A stretch of DNA of 63,821 bases, counting the filler, from Reticulomyxa filosa (taxonomy: Eukaryota; Protista; Foraminifera): NCBI GenBank assembly GCA_000512085.1. It is 12 parts of 12 records of this genome, joined end to end, with 100 filler letters (N's around TTAATTAATTAA, not from the genome) between each part and the next. Parts side by side here need not be neighbours in the genome. Positions count along the whole stretch, not along the records: positions 62,328 to 63,821 come from ASPP01023231.1; 11 more parts are not named here. One strand, given 5' to 3'. Position 1 is the stretch's first letter, and every line of letters starts with the position of its first letter. Below, piece by piece: positions 63,679 through 63,821 of this stretch. Position numbers and translations under genes: made by a program. Under the pieces are notes generated by a model. That model ran no database searches and was not told the DNA's origin. It was given only the letters and a program-made list of their open reading frames with translations.

Positions 63679-63821
63679 TTTTTTTTTTTTTTTACGTATA
63701 AAAAAAAATAAGAAGATTGTGCATGAGTAAGTAAAAAAAGTGCACATATACGTCACCAACGCGTAAATAGTAACCACAAAAAAAAAAAAAAAAAAAAAAA
63801 TAATAAAAAAAATAAAAAAAA

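Noticed and set aside
1-63821. rRNA, tRNA (including tRNA-Sec), CRISPR arrays or prokaryotic operons
   Set aside because: None recognisable by eye. The sequence is spliced eukaryotic DNA; a tRNAscan-SE/Infernal run would be needed to exclude small RNAs formally.

Overview
AT-rich, intron-rich eukaryotic genomic DNA. It consists of 12 contigs joined by 11 artificial 100-bp linkers (44 N + TTAATTAATTAA + 44 N), so adjacency across a linker is not biological. The expanded WD40 and RING/TRAF-like families, poly(A/T) introns and gene content suggest a protist, most likely the foraminiferan Reticulomyxa filosa (inference from recall, not a database search). Recognisable genes include DCN1-like, a PMP34-like carrier, a GNAT, a rhodanese-DUSP, a coactosin-like ADF-H protein, an L-type lectin, a class I PDE, AMMECR1, DOHH, MMAB, neurochondrin, adenylate kinase, a Sel1-repeat protein, an RCC1/coiled-coil protein, an AGC (PKA-like) kinase, a G-alpha and a VWA protein. 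The standout is a hidden selenoprotein. Two in-frame ORFs (15519-16028 and 16056-16415) join through a TGA at the catalytic position of an iodothyronine-deiodinase motif (SGSIT-U-PPF). The predicted protein has a long soluble N-terminal module and no canonical SECIS in the available 3' sequence. Also found: a degenerate Tc1 (DD34E) transposon family with six terminal-repeat copies, two TGTAGG...CCTACA solo-LTR-like elements with perfect 4-bp target-site duplications, a 127-nt fold-back hairpin, a Tom5-like microprotein, and many single-base frameshifts in otherwise intact genes.
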